Assembly: GCA_038256135.1 (NCBI GenBank)
Contig: JBBSKR010000001.1
Span: 24,740 to 88,739, forward strand
DNA from: Flavobacteriales bacterium
GTDB lineage: Bacteria; Bacteroidota; Bacteroidia; Flavobacteriales; Flavobacteriaceae
Direction: 5' to 3'
Length of the DNA: 64,000 nucleotides
Under the pieces are notes generated by a model. That model did no database searches and had not been told where the DNA came from. It saw nothing but the letters and a program-made list of their open reading frames with translations. The translations under genes and the position numbers were made by a program. This document shows positions 17,790-27,888 of this stretch, piece after piece (positions within the stretch are counted from its first letter, which is position 1; each line of letters begins with the position of its first letter).

Positions 17790-18449
17790 ATGGAGCCGGA
17801 AAATGGACTGTTTTTTTTATCGGATGCACTGATTTTTCCACCAGTAAATACCGCCAACGACGAAGGTCTTTTGGCAGTAGGAGGTGATTTGTCTGCAGAA
17901 CGACTTCTATTGGCTTATCAAAATGGAATTTTCCCTTGGTTTAATACCGATTCTCTCATCTTGTGGTGGAGCCCAGACCCAAGAATGGTCTTATTTCCTA
18001 ACCAGATAAAAATCTCCAAAAGCATGAGAAAGGTACTTCGAAGTAATCAATTTAAACTAACTGAAAATAAGTGTTTTGAGGAAGTCTTGGAGTATTGCTC
18101 CGCAGTAAAAAGAGAGGGACAAGAGGGTACTTGGATCACGGAAGAAATGAAAAAGGCATATATCCAACTACATGAAAAAGGATTCGCCAAATCTTATGAG
18201 GTTTGGGAAAAAGATAATTTGGTTGGCGGATTGTATGGGATAGATTTGGGACATGTTTTTTGTGGAGAAAGTATGTTTAGCTTGACCTCCAATGCTTCCA
18301 AATTTGCTTTTATTAGTTTAGCGGAGGAATTGCAACAGAAGGAATATAAAATAATAGATTGTCAAATGTATACCGATCATTTGGCGAGTTTAGGTGCGCA
18401 GGAAATTTCAAGAAAGGAATTCGTAAGGTTGTTAAAGGGAAAGTACTAA
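17790..18449 (+). CDS. aat: Leucyl/phenylalanyl-tRNA--protein transferase
   Basis: LLAYQNGIFPWF and WWSPDPRMVL motifs, plus the C-terminal GNAT-like region (GGLYGIDLGHVFCGESMFS). Confidence 0.9.
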   Translation: MEPENGLFFLSDALIFPPVNTANDEGLLAVGGDLSAERLLLAYQNGIFPWFNTDSLILWWSPDPRMVLFPNQIKISKSMRKVLRSNQFKLTENKCFEEVLEYCSAVKREGQEGTWITEEMKKAYIQLHEKGFAKSYEVWEKDNLVGGLYGIDLGHVFCGESMFSLTSNASKFAFISLAEELQQKEYKIIDCQMYTDHLASLGAQEISRKEFVRLLKGKY

Positions 18450-19127
18450 ACTGTTCAAAACGAAGAATATTTGCTGTGTGTTCTGTGTATAATTCTCCAA
18501 ACGATATTCAACACCGAGCTGTAGTTTAACACCTTTTGGCAAAGACCAACCAATTTGCGAGGTAATGCGTTGATCGTACATGGGTGCCATACCTTTGCCT
18601 ATACTTAGCAGGGCTTCTGTGGTAGCGACCAAATACGGTTCACCAACATCTAATTTTAATCCTTTTAATGGGAAGTCGACGGCAAACCGATATCTGATTC
18701 TATGCACGGTATTGAAAGGTGTTATGCGTTGTTCGGTCCTTATTCTGTTTCCTAATCGCATGCTCCTAATTTCATTGGTTACATTGAACTGCTCGGTTAA
18801 CCGTAGTTCATTTTCCTTGGTATCTTCAAAAGGCTCCCTAAATCTGTATTGGAGGCCCATTCCTAAACTTTTGTTGAAATCTACCTTATAGGTGGAAAAA
18901 TGCACCAAGTCTATTTGCCTTACCGATAATTTTGTTTTTTGGTCTTGATAGATATAATTACGATTGGTCAGCGAAAAATTTTGCGAGTATAAGGGTGAAA
19001 CCTTATAGTTAATTGAAATTTCAGGTTGCCAAAATCCTGTTTTATTATCCTGCGATTGCAGTATGAATGGGGATGAACATAGTAGAAAGAAATTCAAAGT
19101 GATTCTACTAATATAAAACATGGTCAT
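18432..19127 (-). CDS. DUF2490-like outer-membrane beta-barrel protein
   Basis: Has a signal peptide and an alternating beta-strand pattern ending in an aromatic-rich C-terminus. The family assignment is from memory. Confidence 0.45.
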   Translation of the reverse strand: MTMFYISRITLNFFLLCSSPFILQSQDNKTGFWQPEISINYKVSPLYSQNFSLTNRNYIYQDQKTKLSVRQIDLVHFSTYKVDFNKSLGMGLQYRFREPFEDTKENELRLTEQFNVTNEIRSMRLGNRIRTEQRITPFNTVHRIRYRFAVDFPLKGLKLDVGEPYLVATTEALLSIGKGMAPMYDQRITSQIGWSLPKGVKLQLGVEYRLENYTQNTQQIFFVLNSLVLSL

Positions 19128-19695
19128 AATTTGGTGGAAGCGAAGTTCTTATCTTCTTGAAATTACCTTCGGCGTCAAATAGAATTTCATAATCTAGATA
19201 ACCCTTGTCTTTTTTTCCGGCCACTATGAGTTCGTAATTATTTGATGGTAAAATAAGATTTTGAAATGCGTTATTTAAGGTTGTTTCTAAAGCATCGGTT
19301 CTAGCAGGGTATTGCTGCTGTATTCTTTTGATACGGTATTTGGTAAAATTCCCTTTTAGATAATTTTCAATATTGGAGAAAGTGTCATTGGGTATGTCTG
19401 TAGATTTTATCAATATTTCAATATCCTCCAACACCCCATCTTTATTGAACTCTATACTATACCAAAGTCTATCCTTTTTAAGTTTTGCCTCAAAGCTGAC
19501 TTTGGCACTGTCCGTCTCCTTATAAAATTTTATACGTTTGGCATCTTTGATCTTTTCCGCTATGAGGGAAAGAGCCTTTGATGGAAATTGGGATTTTCGA
19601 ATACGATATTCCCTTTCATATTTGTTCTGGGCATTGCTGTATTGGCAGCAAAAACAGATGGTAGTTAAAATAAGGGCTATTTGTGCTTTTTTCAA
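19108..19695 (-). CDS. Secreted PepSY-like domain protein, hypothetical
   Basis: Has a signal peptide and two ...FPSKALSLIAEKIKD.../...YSIEFNKDGVLEDIEI-type modules. Confidence 0.45.
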   Translation of the reverse strand: MKKAQIALILTTICFCCQYSNAQNKYEREYRIRKSQFPSKALSLIAEKIKDAKRIKFYKETDSAKVSFEAKLKKDRLWYSIEFNKDGVLEDIEILIKSTDIPNDTFSNIENYLKGNFTKYRIKRIQQQYPARTDALETTLNNAFQNLILPSNNYELIVAGKKDKGYLDYEILFDAEGNFKKIRTSLPPNYDHVLY

Positions 19696-19718
19696 ATTCT
19701 ATATTTTTATAAGTAGAA

Positions 19719-20282
19719 TTAAACTTCTTTATACCTAAAGCAATTGACCTCATGATCATTGACCATGCCGGTGGCTTGCATAAATGCATACATAATTGTA
19801 CTTCCTACAAATTTAAAACCCCGCTTTTTTAAATCTTTGCTTATTGTATCGGAAATTTCAGTGTTTGCGGGCGCTTCTTTATAGTGTTGTATCTTATTTT
19901 TCACTGGCGCTCCATTCACAAAGCTCCAAATGTAATCGCTAAAACTTCCAAATTCTTCCTGAATATTTATGAACGAACGTGCATTGGTAACGGCGGAACG
20001 GACTTTCAATTTGTTTCGTATGATTCCTTCATTCTGAAGTAATTCAAGAATTTTGGTTTCGGGATATTCGGCAATTTTCTTGTAGTCAAAATTATCAAAA
20101 GCTTCCCTAAAATTTTCACGTCTGCGTAAAATGGTTATCCAGCTCAATCCCGCTTGAAACGTTTCCAAGACCAAAAATTCGAATAACAATTCATCATTTC
20201 TAACAGGCACACCCCATTCTGTATCATGGTATGTTTCGTAAAGTGCATCACCTAGACACCATCCGCATCTATGTTTTTCCAT
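19719..20282 (-). CDS. tag: DNA-3-methyladenine glycosylase I
   Basis: CGWC zinc site, YHDTEWGVP, LFEFLVLETFQAGLSWITIL. Confidence 0.92.
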   Translation of the reverse strand: MEKHRCGWCLGDALYETYHDTEWGVPVRNDELLFEFLVLETFQAGLSWITILRRRENFREAFDNFDYKKIAEYPETKILELLQNEGIIRNKLKVRSAVTNARSFINIQEEFGSFSDYIWSFVNGAPVKNKIQHYKEAPANTEISDTISKDLKKRGFKFVGSTIMYAFMQATGMVNDHEVNCFRYKEV

Positions 20283-20468
20283 ACCGTAAGTTGTTACGCG
20301 AACAAATGTAATTAAAATGACATGACTTTACTGTAAGCAATGGTTGTAGAGAAGATATGCTATAAATATTTTAATGAAGATCGTAAATACGAAGTCCTTT
20401 AAGAATCGTAGTTTCAATTCCATATAGCATTGCTGTATTTTCTAAAGCTCAATTAAATAAATTGTGAT

Positions 20469-20855
20469 TTACTGGGCTTTAGGAGTTAGAATCATAGATT
20501 TGTTATAATTATTGAGCATTTTTAATTCGTTGTTTTCCAAGGCCTTTTCTAGATTGGCTTTCACGTATGAATATCTGTTGAAAAATTTCTTTCCGTTTAA
20601 AGGAGTAAGCTTTACGATCGAGCCTTCCGAAATTTCTTCTATTCGAACTTTCAGTCCGTCCAGGGCTTTATAGTTTGGGATAGCGCCCCGCTTTATAATA
20701 AAATTTGGTCGAGGAAAGTGGAGATAATCGAACGGCATATTGGAATCCTTATTAATGGATAGAACATCTCCGGGTTTCAAATTGTCATATTTTTCTTGAC
20801 TAAATGAACCGCTTGATACTAACAAAAATGCTATAAAAATGAGTGCATATTTCAT
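20469..20855 (-). CDS. Small secreted hypothetical protein
   Basis: Has a signal peptide (MKYALIFIAFLLVSSGSFSQ). No recognisable motifs. Confidence 0.5.
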   Translation of the reverse strand: MKYALIFIAFLLVSSGSFSQEKYDNLKPGDVLSINKDSNMPFDYLHFPRPNFIIKRGAIPNYKALDGLKVRIEEISEGSIVKLTPLNGKKFFNRYSYVKANLEKALENNELKMLNNYNKSMILTPKAQ

Positions 20856-21150
20856 ATTTTTTATTTTAATGGTTAAACATTACTCAAAACTTTGCCCGAC
20901 ATTTGCGTATTATTTGCGAAATATATAAAAAGCGCAATGTATAATTGCGAACAATCATAATTTAAGATAAACAAGTTTTATGGAACTGAAAGTATTATAT
21001 GCGTTAAATATTGTTAAACAATTACATGGTACTACTATTATATTTGTTGTCTTTCCTTTTTAGCTATATGGATTGAGAGCTTTTATATTTGAATGGATGG
21101 GTCAAATAATCAAATGCAAATTTGATTTAATCGACCTATACTGGTTTGAG

Positions 21151-21468
21151 TTAAACCTTTGCAGTATGATCTCGTAATAATTGGGTTTGCTCTTCGTCCA
21201 TATAGATTATGGGAACTGCATAAAACATAGGCATATTTTTTTGGTATTTTTCTTTGAGTAAATCGTTTATTTTACTGAAGAGTAGTGCTTTTGTTTTTCC
21301 TATAATCAAGGTTTGTTCATGATGTTCCAAAACACCGCTTTTCCTATTTTTTTCATATACCTTTTTGCTAGAAATACATGCATTAAAAATCAAATCGTGC
21401 TGTGTCAATAAGGTTATTATATCCATGGTCTGGTCTTTATCACGTACTATTATATGTGCTAAAATCAT
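21151..21468 (-). CDS. Hypothetical protein, possibly CutA1-like
   Basis: 105 aa. The pattern ...ACISS.KVYEK...E..LIIGKTKA......I...L......MP.FYAVPI loosely resembles CutA. Confidence 0.3.
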   Translation of the reverse strand: MILAHIIVRDKDQTMDIITLLTQHDLIFNACISSKKVYEKNRKSGVLEHHEQTLIIGKTKALLFSKINDLLKEKYQKNMPMFYAVPIIYMDEEQTQLLRDHTAKV

Positions 21469-21588
21469 GGATAAGATTTTAAATACCTTAAGTCAATGGC
21501 TAAGAAAGTAAAAATTATTATGATGTAGAAAATACCGGACAAGCTCGCTTTTTCACCACTAATATCTTTTATCTCTTTAAGTTTTTGG

Positions 21589-21951
21589 TTAGAGTCCGCC
21601 TTCATTATTAAAATGACTCAATTGCGCTCTTATCGTTGGGTATAGGCCATAGAAATTTCGTCCATCTTCCCTTCTTAGTGTTATATTGATTATGCCGTTA
21701 TAAGCCACTTCCCTGCTATGTATAATTACTTTACTTCCATAGACGTTGAAATAATTGTTCATCCCGTCCCAGTTATTAAGGCCTCCCATAACAGCTACTA
21801 TAGTTTCACCCTTAGGATCAATAGTAGGAATCATGTTTGAAAAAGGAGTTTCCGATTCCCCAACCCCAATAATTTTCATTTTCATTAATTGTTGCCCATA
21901 AAGGCTATTGAAAACAAACAACGTAACTATGGCATACATCATCTTTATCAT
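21589..21951 (-). CDS. Small secreted hypothetical protein
   Basis: Has a signal peptide ending YGQQ. No recognisable motifs. Confidence 0.5.
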   Translation of the reverse strand: MIKMMYAIVTLFVFNSLYGQQLMKMKIIGVGESETPFSNMIPTIDPKGETIVAVMGGLNNWDGMNNYFNVYGSKVIIHSREVAYNGIINITLRREDGRNFYGLYPTIRAQLSHFNNEGGL

Positions 21952-22055
21952 TGCTTCTATGTTTTAACATCCTAAATTTAATATATAAAATAAAACCAAA
22001 AGCAATACTTTCGTTAAAAAATAGTTAATCTATCGAATCATAATAGTAATACTAT

Positions 22056-22063
22056 TATTTTTG
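22056..22063 (+). promoter_or_regulatory. -7 promoter box TAttTTTG upstream of the TetR gene
   Basis: Exact TAnnTTTG match 23 nt before ATG 22086. Confidence 0.5.
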
Positions 22064-22085
22064 CGGTAATAATAAATCACTTATT

Positions 22086-22772
22086 ATGGAACGTTTGCTA
22101 CAGTCCGTTAAAATAGCCATTAACGAAAAAATTTATGTGAAAGATCCTGAATCATCGGATCTTGGAAAGCGTATTATTAAAGAAAGCATTCTGATGATTA
22201 ATGAAATGGGCTTTGAAAGCTTTACTTTCAAAAAGCTCGGTTCAAGAATCAATTCAAACGAAAGTTCCATTTACCGGTATTTTGAGAACAAACATAAGCT
22301 ACTTTTGTATTTGACCAGTTGGTATTGGGGCTGGTTGGAATATCAATTGGTTTTCGAGACCAATAGTATATCCGACGCAAAAAATAAACTCAGTAGAAGT
22401 ATCGAAATCATCACAAGAAAAACAAAGGAAGATTCTGCATTTTCCCATATTAACGAGGTGTTGCTAAACAAAATAGTCATTAATGAATATTCTAAATCTT
22501 ATTTGACTACAGAGGTAGATGAGGAAAACAAAGAGGGTTATTTTGTTATTTATAAAAGATTGGTAAATAGAATAAGTTTGGCTATACAAAAAGTTAACCC
22601 AGCCTATTTATATCCTTCAAGTCTTGCAAGTACTGTGGTCGAGGGTGCATTACACCAACATTTTCTTAAAGAACATTTTGCTTCCATAACAGATTGCACT
22701 AAAGAGGTTACACCGTCTGAATATTTTATCAATCTTGTTTTCAATACTTTAAATCAGAATTTTAATGGCTAA
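22086..22772 (+). CDS. TetR/AcrR-family transcriptional regulator
   Basis: N-terminal HTH FTFKKLGSRINSNESSIYRYFENKHKLL. The 3' end overlaps the ABC gene by 8 nt. Confidence 0.8.
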   Translation: MERLLQSVKIAINEKIYVKDPESSDLGKRIIKESILMINEMGFESFTFKKLGSRINSNESSIYRYFENKHKLLLYLTSWYWGWLEYQLVFETNSISDAKNKLSRSIEIITRKTKEDSAFSHINEVLLNKIVINEYSKSYLTTEVDEENKEGYFVIYKRLVNRISLAIQKVNPAYLYPSSLASTVVEGALHQHFLKEHFASITDCTKEVTPSEYFINLVFNTLNQNFNG

Positions 22773-24432
22773 AAATATTCTAACGGCTTGGCAGCGTTTT
22801 CTTGGACTTTTAAAAATAGATAAAAGGGATGTTCTCCAAGTGTTCTACTATGCCATCTTTGCCGGGCTTGTAAATTTATCCCTCCCATTAGGTATTCAGG
22901 CAATTATTAATCTGATACAGGGTGCACAGATAAGCACCTCATGGATTGTTTTGGTGGTACTGGTGACACTTGGTGTCGCTTTTGTCGGGATTCTACAGTT
23001 AATGCAACTTAGGATAATTGAGAATGTGCAGCAGAAGATTTTCACACGTTCTTCATTTGAATTTGTCTATCGATTCCCTAAAATTAAAATGAGCGAGTTA
23101 TATAATTACTATCCACCAGAATTGGCCAACAGATTCTTTGATACTTTACAGGTTCAAAAGGGACTCTCCAAAGTACTGATAGATTTTCCTGCCGCTTTAT
23201 TACAGATCATTTTTGGATTGTTATTACTATCTTTTTACCATCCTTTTTTTATCGTATATGGTATCCTATTGCTCCTATTGATTTATGTAGTTTTCAAATT
23301 TACCGCACAAAGGGGTTTGGATACGAGTTTGGATGAATCAAAAAGTAAATACAAGGTAGCTCATTGGATACAAGAGGTAGCGCGATCGATAGTTAGTTTT
23401 AAATTATCGGGGAAGACATCTCATGCACTCGATAAAAACGATGCACTGGTGGTAGAATATTTAGAGGGTAGGGAAAGTCACTTTAGGGTCTTGGTACTGC
23501 AATTTATTCAAATGATCGGCTTTAAGGTTTTGGTGACCGCAGGGCTTTTATTGATTGGGGGCCTATTGGTGTTGAACCAAGAAATGAACATAGGTCAGTT
23601 CGTTGCCGCAGAAATTATAATTCTATTGGTTATTAGCTCAGTCGAGAAATTAATTCTTGGTTTGGAAACCTTTTATGATTTATTAACCTCTTTAGAGAAA
23701 ATGGGTCAGGTAGTGGATAAGGAACTAGAACCACAGGAAGGCGAAAAACCATTTACGGAAGACCAAAACTTTACGGTGGAGTTGGATAGTATATCGTATA
23801 AGCTTCCAGATACTAAAAGGACTATCATCGATAATCTTAGTCTTACCATTACCCCAAATTGCAGTATTCTATTAAAGGGAAATAGCGGGTCTGGAAAAAA
23901 TACCTTATTACGTATTATAGCAGGTATATTGGAGCCGGACAAAGGAGGGGTATATATAAATGGGGTCTCGTTGAAAGGGATAAATCTAAATTATTATCGT
24001 TCCCATTTGGGGCAGTCACTACCGGAAGAAACACCCTTTGAGGGAACTATTTTACATAACATTACTTTTGGGGATAAGGATATTACGAACGATCAAGTCT
24101 ATTGGGCTTTAGAGAAAGTTGGACTAACTGAATTTGTAAAAAAGCAACCGAAAGGTTTGAATACGATTCTTTTTCCTGAGGGAAGGCAAATACCGTATAC
24201 GGTTTCCAAGAAAATTGTATTGGCAAGGAGTATTATTAGAAAACCGAAGCTATTAATTTTAAAAGATCCATTGGATCAGTTCAATTCAGAGGAAGCCAAT
24301 CATATATTGAATTTTTTAAGTGATGCTTCCAATGGATGGGCTTTATTGGTCGTCAGTGAAAATGCTAATTGGGCCGAAAGGTGTACAAGGATTATTACGA
24401 TGGAAAAAGGACGTATCATAAACGAAATATAG
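22765..24432 (+). CDS. ABC exporter-like fused TMD-NBD protein (type I secretion/efflux type, no C39 peptidase domain) with a degenerate NBD
   Basis: Six predicted TM helices, then an NBD with Walker A GNSGSGKN. The signature, Walker B, D-loop and H-loop positions are non-canonical (see finding). Confidence 0.8.
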   Translation: MAKNILTAWQRFLGLLKIDKRDVLQVFYYAIFAGLVNLSLPLGIQAIINLIQGAQISTSWIVLVVLVTLGVAFVGILQLMQLRIIENVQQKIFTRSSFEFVYRFPKIKMSELYNYYPPELANRFFDTLQVQKGLSKVLIDFPAALLQIIFGLLLLSFYHPFFIVYGILLLLLIYVVFKFTAQRGLDTSLDESKSKYKVAHWIQEVARSIVSFKLSGKTSHALDKNDALVVEYLEGRESHFRVLVLQFIQMIGFKVLVTAGLLLIGGLLVLNQEMNIGQFVAAEIIILLVISSVEKLILGLETFYDLLTSLEKMGQVVDKELEPQEGEKPFTEDQNFTVELDSISYKLPDTKRTIIDNLSLTITPNCSILLKGNSGSGKNTLLRIIAGILEPDKGGVYINGVSLKGINLNYYRSHLGQSLPEETPFEGTILHNITFGDKDITNDQVYWALEKVGLTEFVKKQPKGLNTILFPEGRQIPYTVSKKIVLARSIIRKPKLLILKDPLDQFNSEEANHILNFLSDASNGWALLVVSENANWAERCTRIITMEKGRIINEI

Positions 24433-24439
24433 GGGAACG

Positions 24440-25792
24440 ATGTTGAATATATCACATAATAAGCTGAATCAGACGGTTTCTTTGGAACGCTTTAAATCTA
24501 CCCAAAAGGTTTTTCATCAAAGGCATTACAAGCATTTTAATCGCTTTCTATTTGCATTTACAATGGTGGGCCTAATCGTTTTGTTCCTTCCATGGACCCA
24601 AAATATTACCTCTAGAGGTTTTTTGACCACCTTAACCCCTGGTCAACGACCACAGACCATACAATCTCAAATACCGGGTAGAATAGAGGAATGGTTCGTA
24701 AGAGAGGGAGATTATGTTAAGAAGGGCGATACCATACTTTTTATTTCAGAAGTAAATTCGGAATATTTTGATCCCGATTTGGTAGAGCGAACTGGTCAAC
24801 AGCTTAAAGCTAAAAGTTCTTCGGTTATTTCTTATGGAGATAAGGTAAATGCACTGGATAATCAAGTTGGCGCGCTTTTGAACGAAAGATCATTGAAATT
24901 GGAGCAGGCCAAGAACAAATTGTTACAGGCCAAGCTAATGGCACAGAGCGATAGTATAGAGTTTGAGGCCGCAAAAACGAACATTAAGATTGCTGAGCGA
25001 CAATATGAACGAACAGAACAATTGGAGAGTGAAGGACTTAAGGCGGTTACCGATGTTGAAGAAAAACGATTGAAGCTTCAGGAAACACAGGCAAAATTGA
25101 TTTCACAGGAGAATAAATTGTTGGCAGCCAAAAATGAGATCATTAATGCTGAGGTAGAAATCAACAGCGTTCAAGCGGCATACACGGATAAAATTTCTAA
25201 GGCCCAGAGCGATAAATTCACGGCAATGTCCAACCAGTTCGATTCTGAGGCACAAGTAAGTAAACTGGAGAATGATTATACCAATTATGAAATACGCAAT
25301 AAACTGCGCTACATACGTGCACCACAAAACGGCTATATCAATACCGCAATAAAGGGTGGTATTGGAGAAACATTCAAGGAAGGAACACCTTTGGTTGGCA
25401 TAATGCCAGCAGATTATGATATGGCGGTGGAAACATTTGTTTCCCCCATTGACCTTCCCTTAATCCATTTAGGCGAGAAAGTAAGGATTCAATTTGATGG
25501 TTGGCCGGTAATCGTTTTTAGCGGATGGCCCAATGTATCTTATGGTACTTATGGTGGAACGGTAGTGGCGATCGAAACCTTTATAAGTGCGAATGGAAAA
25601 TATAGGATTCTATTGGCGCCCGATAAGGAAGATCATGCTTGGCCAAAAGCACTTCGCGTTGGTTCAGGCGCTAATACAATTGCACTCTTGGAGGATGTGC
25701 CCATTTGGTTTGAACTTTGGAGACAGTTGAACGGATTCCCACCAAATTATTATCAACCAAACGGGGCGCAAGCAATGCCAGAAAAAAAATAA
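24440..25792 (+). CDS. HlyD-family membrane fusion protein
   Basis: N-terminal TM helix, long coiled-coil (AKNKLLQAKLMAQSD...), lipoyl and beta-barrel segments; 450 aa. Confidence 0.85.
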   Translation: MLNISHNKLNQTVSLERFKSTQKVFHQRHYKHFNRFLFAFTMVGLIVLFLPWTQNITSRGFLTTLTPGQRPQTIQSQIPGRIEEWFVREGDYVKKGDTILFISEVNSEYFDPDLVERTGQQLKAKSSSVISYGDKVNALDNQVGALLNERSLKLEQAKNKLLQAKLMAQSDSIEFEAAKTNIKIAERQYERTEQLESEGLKAVTDVEEKRLKLQETQAKLISQENKLLAAKNEIINAEVEINSVQAAYTDKISKAQSDKFTAMSNQFDSEAQVSKLENDYTNYEIRNKLRYIRAPQNGYINTAIKGGIGETFKEGTPLVGIMPADYDMAVETFVSPIDLPLIHLGEKVRIQFDGWPVIVFSGWPNVSYGTYGGTVVAIETFISANGKYRILLAPDKEDHAWPKALRVGSGANTIALLEDVPIWFELWRQLNGFPPNYYQPNGAQAMPEKK

Positions 25793-25794
25793 AC

Positions 25795-27198
25795 ATGAAG
25801 AATTATATTCTTGGTCTATTTTTTGGCTTAGGTCTTTTTGTTCAAGCACAGGAGCAGGATACGGTAATGCTCAAGTTCAATGAGTATTTGGGATACGTGA
25901 AGAAATTTCATCCTGTTGCCAAACAAGGGGAGTTGGCCATAAGCACGGGTCAAGCGAACCTTATGAAATCAAGGGGAGGCTTCGACCCTCAATTGGAGGC
26001 AGATTATAGCCGTAAAGTATTTAAGGGTACAGAGTATTATGACCGCTTAAATACAACGTTTAAAATACCTACTTGGTACGGTATAGAAATAAAAGGAAAT
26101 TTTGAGCAAAATGAAGGTGAGTTTTTAAATCCGGCAGAAACTGTTCCAGAAGAAGGGTTGTACAGTGCTGGTGTTTCAGCATCCCTACTTCAAGGCTCTT
26201 GGATCAATGATCGTATGGCCACCTTAAAAAAAGCCAAGTTCTTTAGGGAACAAAGCAATGCGGACCGAGACTTGCTTGTAAACGAAGTACTGTTTGAAGC
26301 TTCCTTGGCATATTTTAGTTGGTTACAAGCCTATAAGGATAGTAAGGTTTTCTTTAATTTTTTGAACAATGCCGAAATACGATTTGAAGGGATAAGGGAA
26401 AGTGCCTTAGCTGGCGAAATAGCTGCTATAGACACGGTTGAAGCAAAAATAGCGGTTCAAAATAGAGCTTTGGAGCTAGAGCAGGCCAACGTAAAACTAC
26501 GGAATGCTTCACTTGACCTTTCCAACTTCTTATGGTTGGGCGAAAATATACCGACCGAGTTACAACCCAATGTAATTCCAGATGATAACCTCGATCTGGA
26601 GATAGATATTACCTTGGAGATTCTAGGAAAACCGCTGGACAGTTTTACCTTGGAAAATCATCCGAAATTAGTATCGCTGGGGTATAGAGTAGATGGTCTT
26701 AGAGTGGATAAACAGCTAATGACAAATAAGTTGTTGCCAAAATTAGACGTGGAGTACAACTTTTTGACCGAGACGCCTGAGCTTATGAATTCATTTGCTA
26801 CCGAGCAATATAAAGGGGGTCTTACTTTTCAAATGCCACTGTTTTTGAGGAAGGAAAGGGGTGATCTTAAACTTGCAAAAATTAGATTACGCGATGCCCA
26901 ATACGAGTTGGATAATGCACAAATACAAGTACGTAACAAAATACTAGCTATTTATAATGAGCTAGATTCCTTTGAAAGGCAGAATGTCTTAATAGAGGCA
27001 ATTGTATTAAATTACAATGCATTGTTGTCTGCTGAGGAACGTAAGTTTAGTTTCGGTGAAAGTTCTTTGTTTCTCATTAATTCTCGAGAAAGCAATCTCA
27101 TAGACGCAGTATTAAAACAGAACCTCGTTCAGAATAAATTTTATGCCGCAAAGGCCAAGTTGTTTAATAGTTTAGCGGTCAATCCAGAGAATTTATAA
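25795..27198 (+). CDS. TolC-family outer membrane efflux protein
   Basis: Start placed at MKNYILGLFFGLGLFVQAQ (signal peptide). The two-repeat OEP architecture is present. The track start 25717 overlaps the HlyD 3' end and lacks a signal peptide. Confidence 0.82.
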   Translation: MKNYILGLFFGLGLFVQAQEQDTVMLKFNEYLGYVKKFHPVAKQGELAISTGQANLMKSRGGFDPQLEADYSRKVFKGTEYYDRLNTTFKIPTWYGIEIKGNFEQNEGEFLNPAETVPEEGLYSAGVSASLLQGSWINDRMATLKKAKFFREQSNADRDLLVNEVLFEASLAYFSWLQAYKDSKVFFNFLNNAEIRFEGIRESALAGEIAAIDTVEAKIAVQNRALELEQANVKLRNASLDLSNFLWLGENIPTELQPNVIPDDNLDLEIDITLEILGKPLDSFTLENHPKLVSLGYRVDGLRVDKQLMTNKLLPKLDVEYNFLTETPELMNSFATEQYKGGLTFQMPLFLRKERGDLKLAKIRLRDAQYELDNAQIQVRNKILAIYNELDSFERQNVLIEAIVLNYNALLSAEERKFSFGESSLFLINSRESNLIDAVLKQNLVQNKFYAAKAKLFNSLAVNPENL

Positions 27199-27243
27199 GC
27201 GATAAAAAAAGAACTAATAGAAAGAATACGAGAAGTTTGATTA

Positions 27244-27888
27244 ATGAAAGAAGTGTCAAAAGAGTTGATTAAAAGAAGCATACAGGATAGTTACAGTTAT
27301 ACCGAATATAGAAATCTGGTTTCACGCTTGGCAGAAAATGGTAATTCTACCGATGCTGAACAAAGTGACCTATTAGCAAAGTATACCCAACTGAACGACG
27401 CCCGAATGCGACGTTGGGATAGGGCATTAAAATTATCGGAGGAACAAATTTTAAAAATAAAGCGTCTTTCCAAACCAATTACTTTTCTAGTATTGACCGA
27501 AAGCTGGTGTGGAGATGCAGCTCCGAGTATACCTGTTTTTCATAAAATTGCCCAGGCTTCGGATAAGATTAAGCTAAGGATTGTATTACGTGACAAAAAT
27601 CTGGAACTTATGGGGAATTATTTGACCAAAAATGCGCTATCCATCCCAAAATTGATTTCATGGGATTCAAATTCTGAAGAGGTACTTGCCGATTGGGGTC
27701 CCCGACCTAAACCAGCGGCAAACCTGGTCGATGCATTTAAAGAGGAACATGGGCAATTGACGCCAGAATTCAGGGAATCATTACAAATATGGTATAATAA
27801 AGACAAAGGGAAATCCATACAACAGGAAATAGTAAGTTTACTCGATAATCGAGATTTAAATGCTCCGAGGCTTGCCTCGAAATTTTAA
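27244..27888 (+). CDS. Thioredoxin-fold family protein
   Basis: The LVLTESWCGDAAP motif (single-Cys WCGD variant of CxxC) sits in a thioredoxin-like context. Confidence 0.65.
   Translation: MKEVSKELIKRSIQDSYSYTEYRNLVSRLAENGNSTDAEQSDLLAKYTQLNDARMRRWDRALKLSEEQILKIKRLSKPITFLVLTESWCGDAAPSIPVFHKIAQASDKIKLRIVLRDKNLELMGNYLTKNALSIPKLISWDSNSEEVLADWGPRPKPAANLVDAFKEEHGQLTPEFRESLQIWYNKDKGKSIQQEIVSLLDNRDLNAPRLASKF

Noticed and set aside
20469-21951. Possible distant paralogy between the secreted proteins 20469..20855 and 21589..21951 (similar C-terminal ...G+xF%xxYxxx+AxL).
   Set aside because: The similarity is too weak to assert by eye. It needs a profile comparison.
25717-25794. Track start (25717) for the TolC-family gene.
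   Set aside because: This extension overlaps the HlyD 3' end and lacks a signal peptide. The ATG at 25795 gives a canonical signal peptide.
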